A stretch of 64,000 nucleotides of DNA, taken from positions 64,001 through 128,000 of the forward strand of contig JABMQJ010000020.1 in NCBI GenBank assembly GCA_013203315.1. The letters run 5' to 3'. The position numbers and the translations under genes were made by a program. Within the stretch, counting starts at the first letter, position 1; each line of letters opens with the position of its first letter. Shown here piece after piece: positions 62,668 through 64,000 of this stretch. The notes under the pieces are model-generated. The model was not told where the DNA came from and made no database searches. It worked only from the letters and a program-made list of their open reading frames with translations. This stretch comes from Candidatus Omnitrophota bacterium. GTDB taxonomy: Bacteria; Omnitrophota; Gorgyraeia; JABMRN01; RBG-13-46-9.

Positions 62668-62779
62668 GGGTTTTTAGGCCCACAGGCAAGAACACCCGGC
62701 ATGGCCTACTCCGGAAAATGGGCACATTAAAGAAGACCGCCTATGCGCGAGGCCGCTAATCAAAAAACCGGGTGCAACA

Positions 62780-62807
62780 ATTATATCAAAAGAATATTTT
62801 TTTGCAA
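62780..62807 (-). promoter_or_regulatory. dnaA promoter
   Basis: TTGCAA-16 bp-TATAAT with TG extension. Confidence 0.65.
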
Positions 62808-62843
62808 GAGTTTTTTTATATAAACACCAAGATACTTTTCTTC

Positions 62844-62871
62844 TTGACTAGATTAGAAAGTATGTTATAAT
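62844..62871 (+). promoter_or_regulatory. rpmH promoter
   Basis: TTGACT-16 bp-TATAAT with TG extension, 9 nt before the ATG. Confidence 0.75.
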
Positions 62872-62880
62872 CTACCACCT

Positions 62881-63018
62881 ATGAAAAAAAATCTCAAAGC
62901 AAAGTCTAACCGAAAACGCCGACGAAAACACGGATTCCGACGGCGCATGCGCACAAAAAACGGCCAGGCAGTGCTAAGAAGGCGAAGAAAAAAAGGACGT
63001 AAGCGGTTAACGGTATAA
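62881..63018 (+). CDS. rpmH: 50S ribosomal protein L34
   Basis: Manual translation [45 protein letters not shown] (45 aa, below the ORF-track cutoff). Confidence 0.95.
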   Translation: MKKNLKAKSNRKRRRKHGFRRRMRTKNGQAVLRRRRKKGRKRLTV

Positions 63019-63060
63019 TACCGCCAAATACGCAGTTTACGAAAAAACTTCGCTACGACA

Positions 63061-63393
63061 ATGACAAAAGAAAAAAGCCTCCGGAAACCGGCGGATTTTA
63101 AGAAAGTATTTAAAGAAGGCAAAAGGCTCCTAAGTCCTCGTTTCGTTCTGTATGTGCGGGACAATGCCCTACCCCAGGCGCGGGTAGGTATCTCTATCGC
63201 AAAAATTCATTTTAAACTTGCTACCCGCAGGAATCAATTAAGGAGGGCGGCTAAGGAAACAATCAGGCAAGAAGCCGGAAGGTTTATCAAGGGATGCGAT
63301 CTTGTCGTTACATCCAGGGCGAGCACCTTGAAGCCAGACATCAATGAAAGCATTGTTGAATTAAAAGAGCTGATCCGGAAATTAAAGAAATAA
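63061..63393 (+). CDS. rnpA: Ribonuclease P protein component
   Basis: DFKKVFKEG, RVGISI, ATRRNQLRR. Confidence 0.92.
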   Translation: MTKEKSLRKPADFKKVFKEGKRLLSPRFVLYVRDNALPQARVGISIAKIHFKLATRRNQLRRAAKETIRQEAGRFIKGCDLVVTSRASTLKPDINESIVELKELIRKLKK

Positions 63394-63397
63394 AAAT

Positions 63398-63619
63398 ATG
63401 CGCAAAATCATTCAAGACACATTGATTTTCACGATAAATTTTTATCGTAAGTATTTATCAACATTGAAGTTACAATCATGCAGATTTCATCCAACATGTT
63501 CTGAATATGCGGCAGAATGTCTTAAGGAATTCGGTGTTACAAAAGGTATTTTTAAAAGCGCCAGGAGAATTCTAAAATGCCACCCCTTTCATCCGGGTGG
63601 CCACGATCCGGTAAAATAA
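63398..63619 (+). CDS. yidD: Membrane protein insertion efficiency factor
   Basis: CRFHPTCSEY, RILKCHPFHPGGHDPV. Confidence 0.95.
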   Translation: MRKIIQDTLIFTINFYRKYLSTLKLQSCRFHPTCSEYAAECLKEFGVTKGIFKSARRILKCHPFHPGGHDPVK

Positions 63620-63620
63620 T

Positions 63621-64000
63621 ATGGACAAAAAACTCATTATAGCTATAGCGTTGTCAGCTTTGATTATACTCTCATTTCAGGCGCTTTTCCCGCGTCAAAG
63701 AAGCACAAAACCCGCAGTAACGCAACCGGTAACGCAACCCCTCCCCAGGGAAGCCCGGGCATTATCTCACGAACAAAGCTCTAGAGGGAATCTGCCAACA
63801 GAGCCTTCCCGGGAACTTAAGACCAAAGAAAAAGAAACCATTATAGAAACCGATAGGTATATATTAACCTTTACAAATATTGGCGGCTCTCTAAAAAACA
63901 TTAAACTAAAAGAATATTCGGCCCCCAAAAGCGATACCCCAATGACCCTGGTCCGGGACGCAGAAGGAAACAGGGCCATTTTTTCCATGGAGAGCAATGC
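63621..64000 (+). CDS. yidC: Membrane protein insertase YidC, 5' part
   Basis: MDKKLIIAIALSALIILSFQ..IETDRY..FTNIGGSLK..LKEY; rnpA-yidD-yidC synteny; runs off the window. Confidence 0.85.
   Translation, partial: MDKKLIIAIALSALIILSFQALFPRQRSTKPAVTQPVTQPLPREARALSHEQSSRGNLPTEPSRELKTKEKETIIETDRYILTFTNIGGSLKNIKLKEYSAPKSDTPMTLVRDAEGNRAIFSMESN

Noticed and set aside
62865-63164. 99-aa minus-strand ORF
   Set aside because: Antisense to rpmH and rnpA
63716-63739. GTAACGCAACC tandem repeat in yidC
   Set aside because: An in-frame 12-bp duplication in a low-complexity linker (VTQPVTQP); ordinary

Overview
This is a bacterial chromosome segment spanning the replication origin. The gene set and style (giant secreted ORF with an HIQDxH N-terminal domain, H-X9-DG-type prepilin, PEP-CTERM remnant) suggest a PVC-superphylum anaerobe, most likely Omnitrophota; this is inference and was not searched. 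At the right end, rpmH-rnpA-yidD-yidC diverge from dnaA-oriC-dnaN-dciA-gyrB-gyrA. Almost everything to the left lies on the minus (leading) strand and is housekeeping: glmS, gmd/fcl, ndk, gmk, rpoZ, split coaC/coaB, a tRNA cluster, thrS-infC-rpmI-rplT-ktrBA-pheST, 6S RNA, rarA, DUF39, ccdA/tlpA, rny, xseAB-ispA-dxs, a four-subunit 2-oxoacid:ferredoxin oxidoreductase and gltX-tRNA-Gln-glnS. The accessory part (1-19.1 kb) holds three things. (i) A 1.3-kb single-gene, integrase-less islet flanked by a 47-bp duplication of the tRNA-Glu(CTC) 3' half, next to a GT11 fucosyltransferase. (ii) A RAYT-like HUH gene bracketed by a symmetric multi-motif inverted-repeat architecture that abuts a PEP-CTERM remnant. 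(iii) A ROK / Zn-finger / TPR-TolC / MFP / 2xRND operon followed by a >1068-aa secreted multidomain ORF, absent from the ORF track, whose leader carries two tandem terminator-like hairpins with a compensatory base-pair change. infC appears to start at ACG. All calls come from manual translation and motif recognition; no database searches were run.
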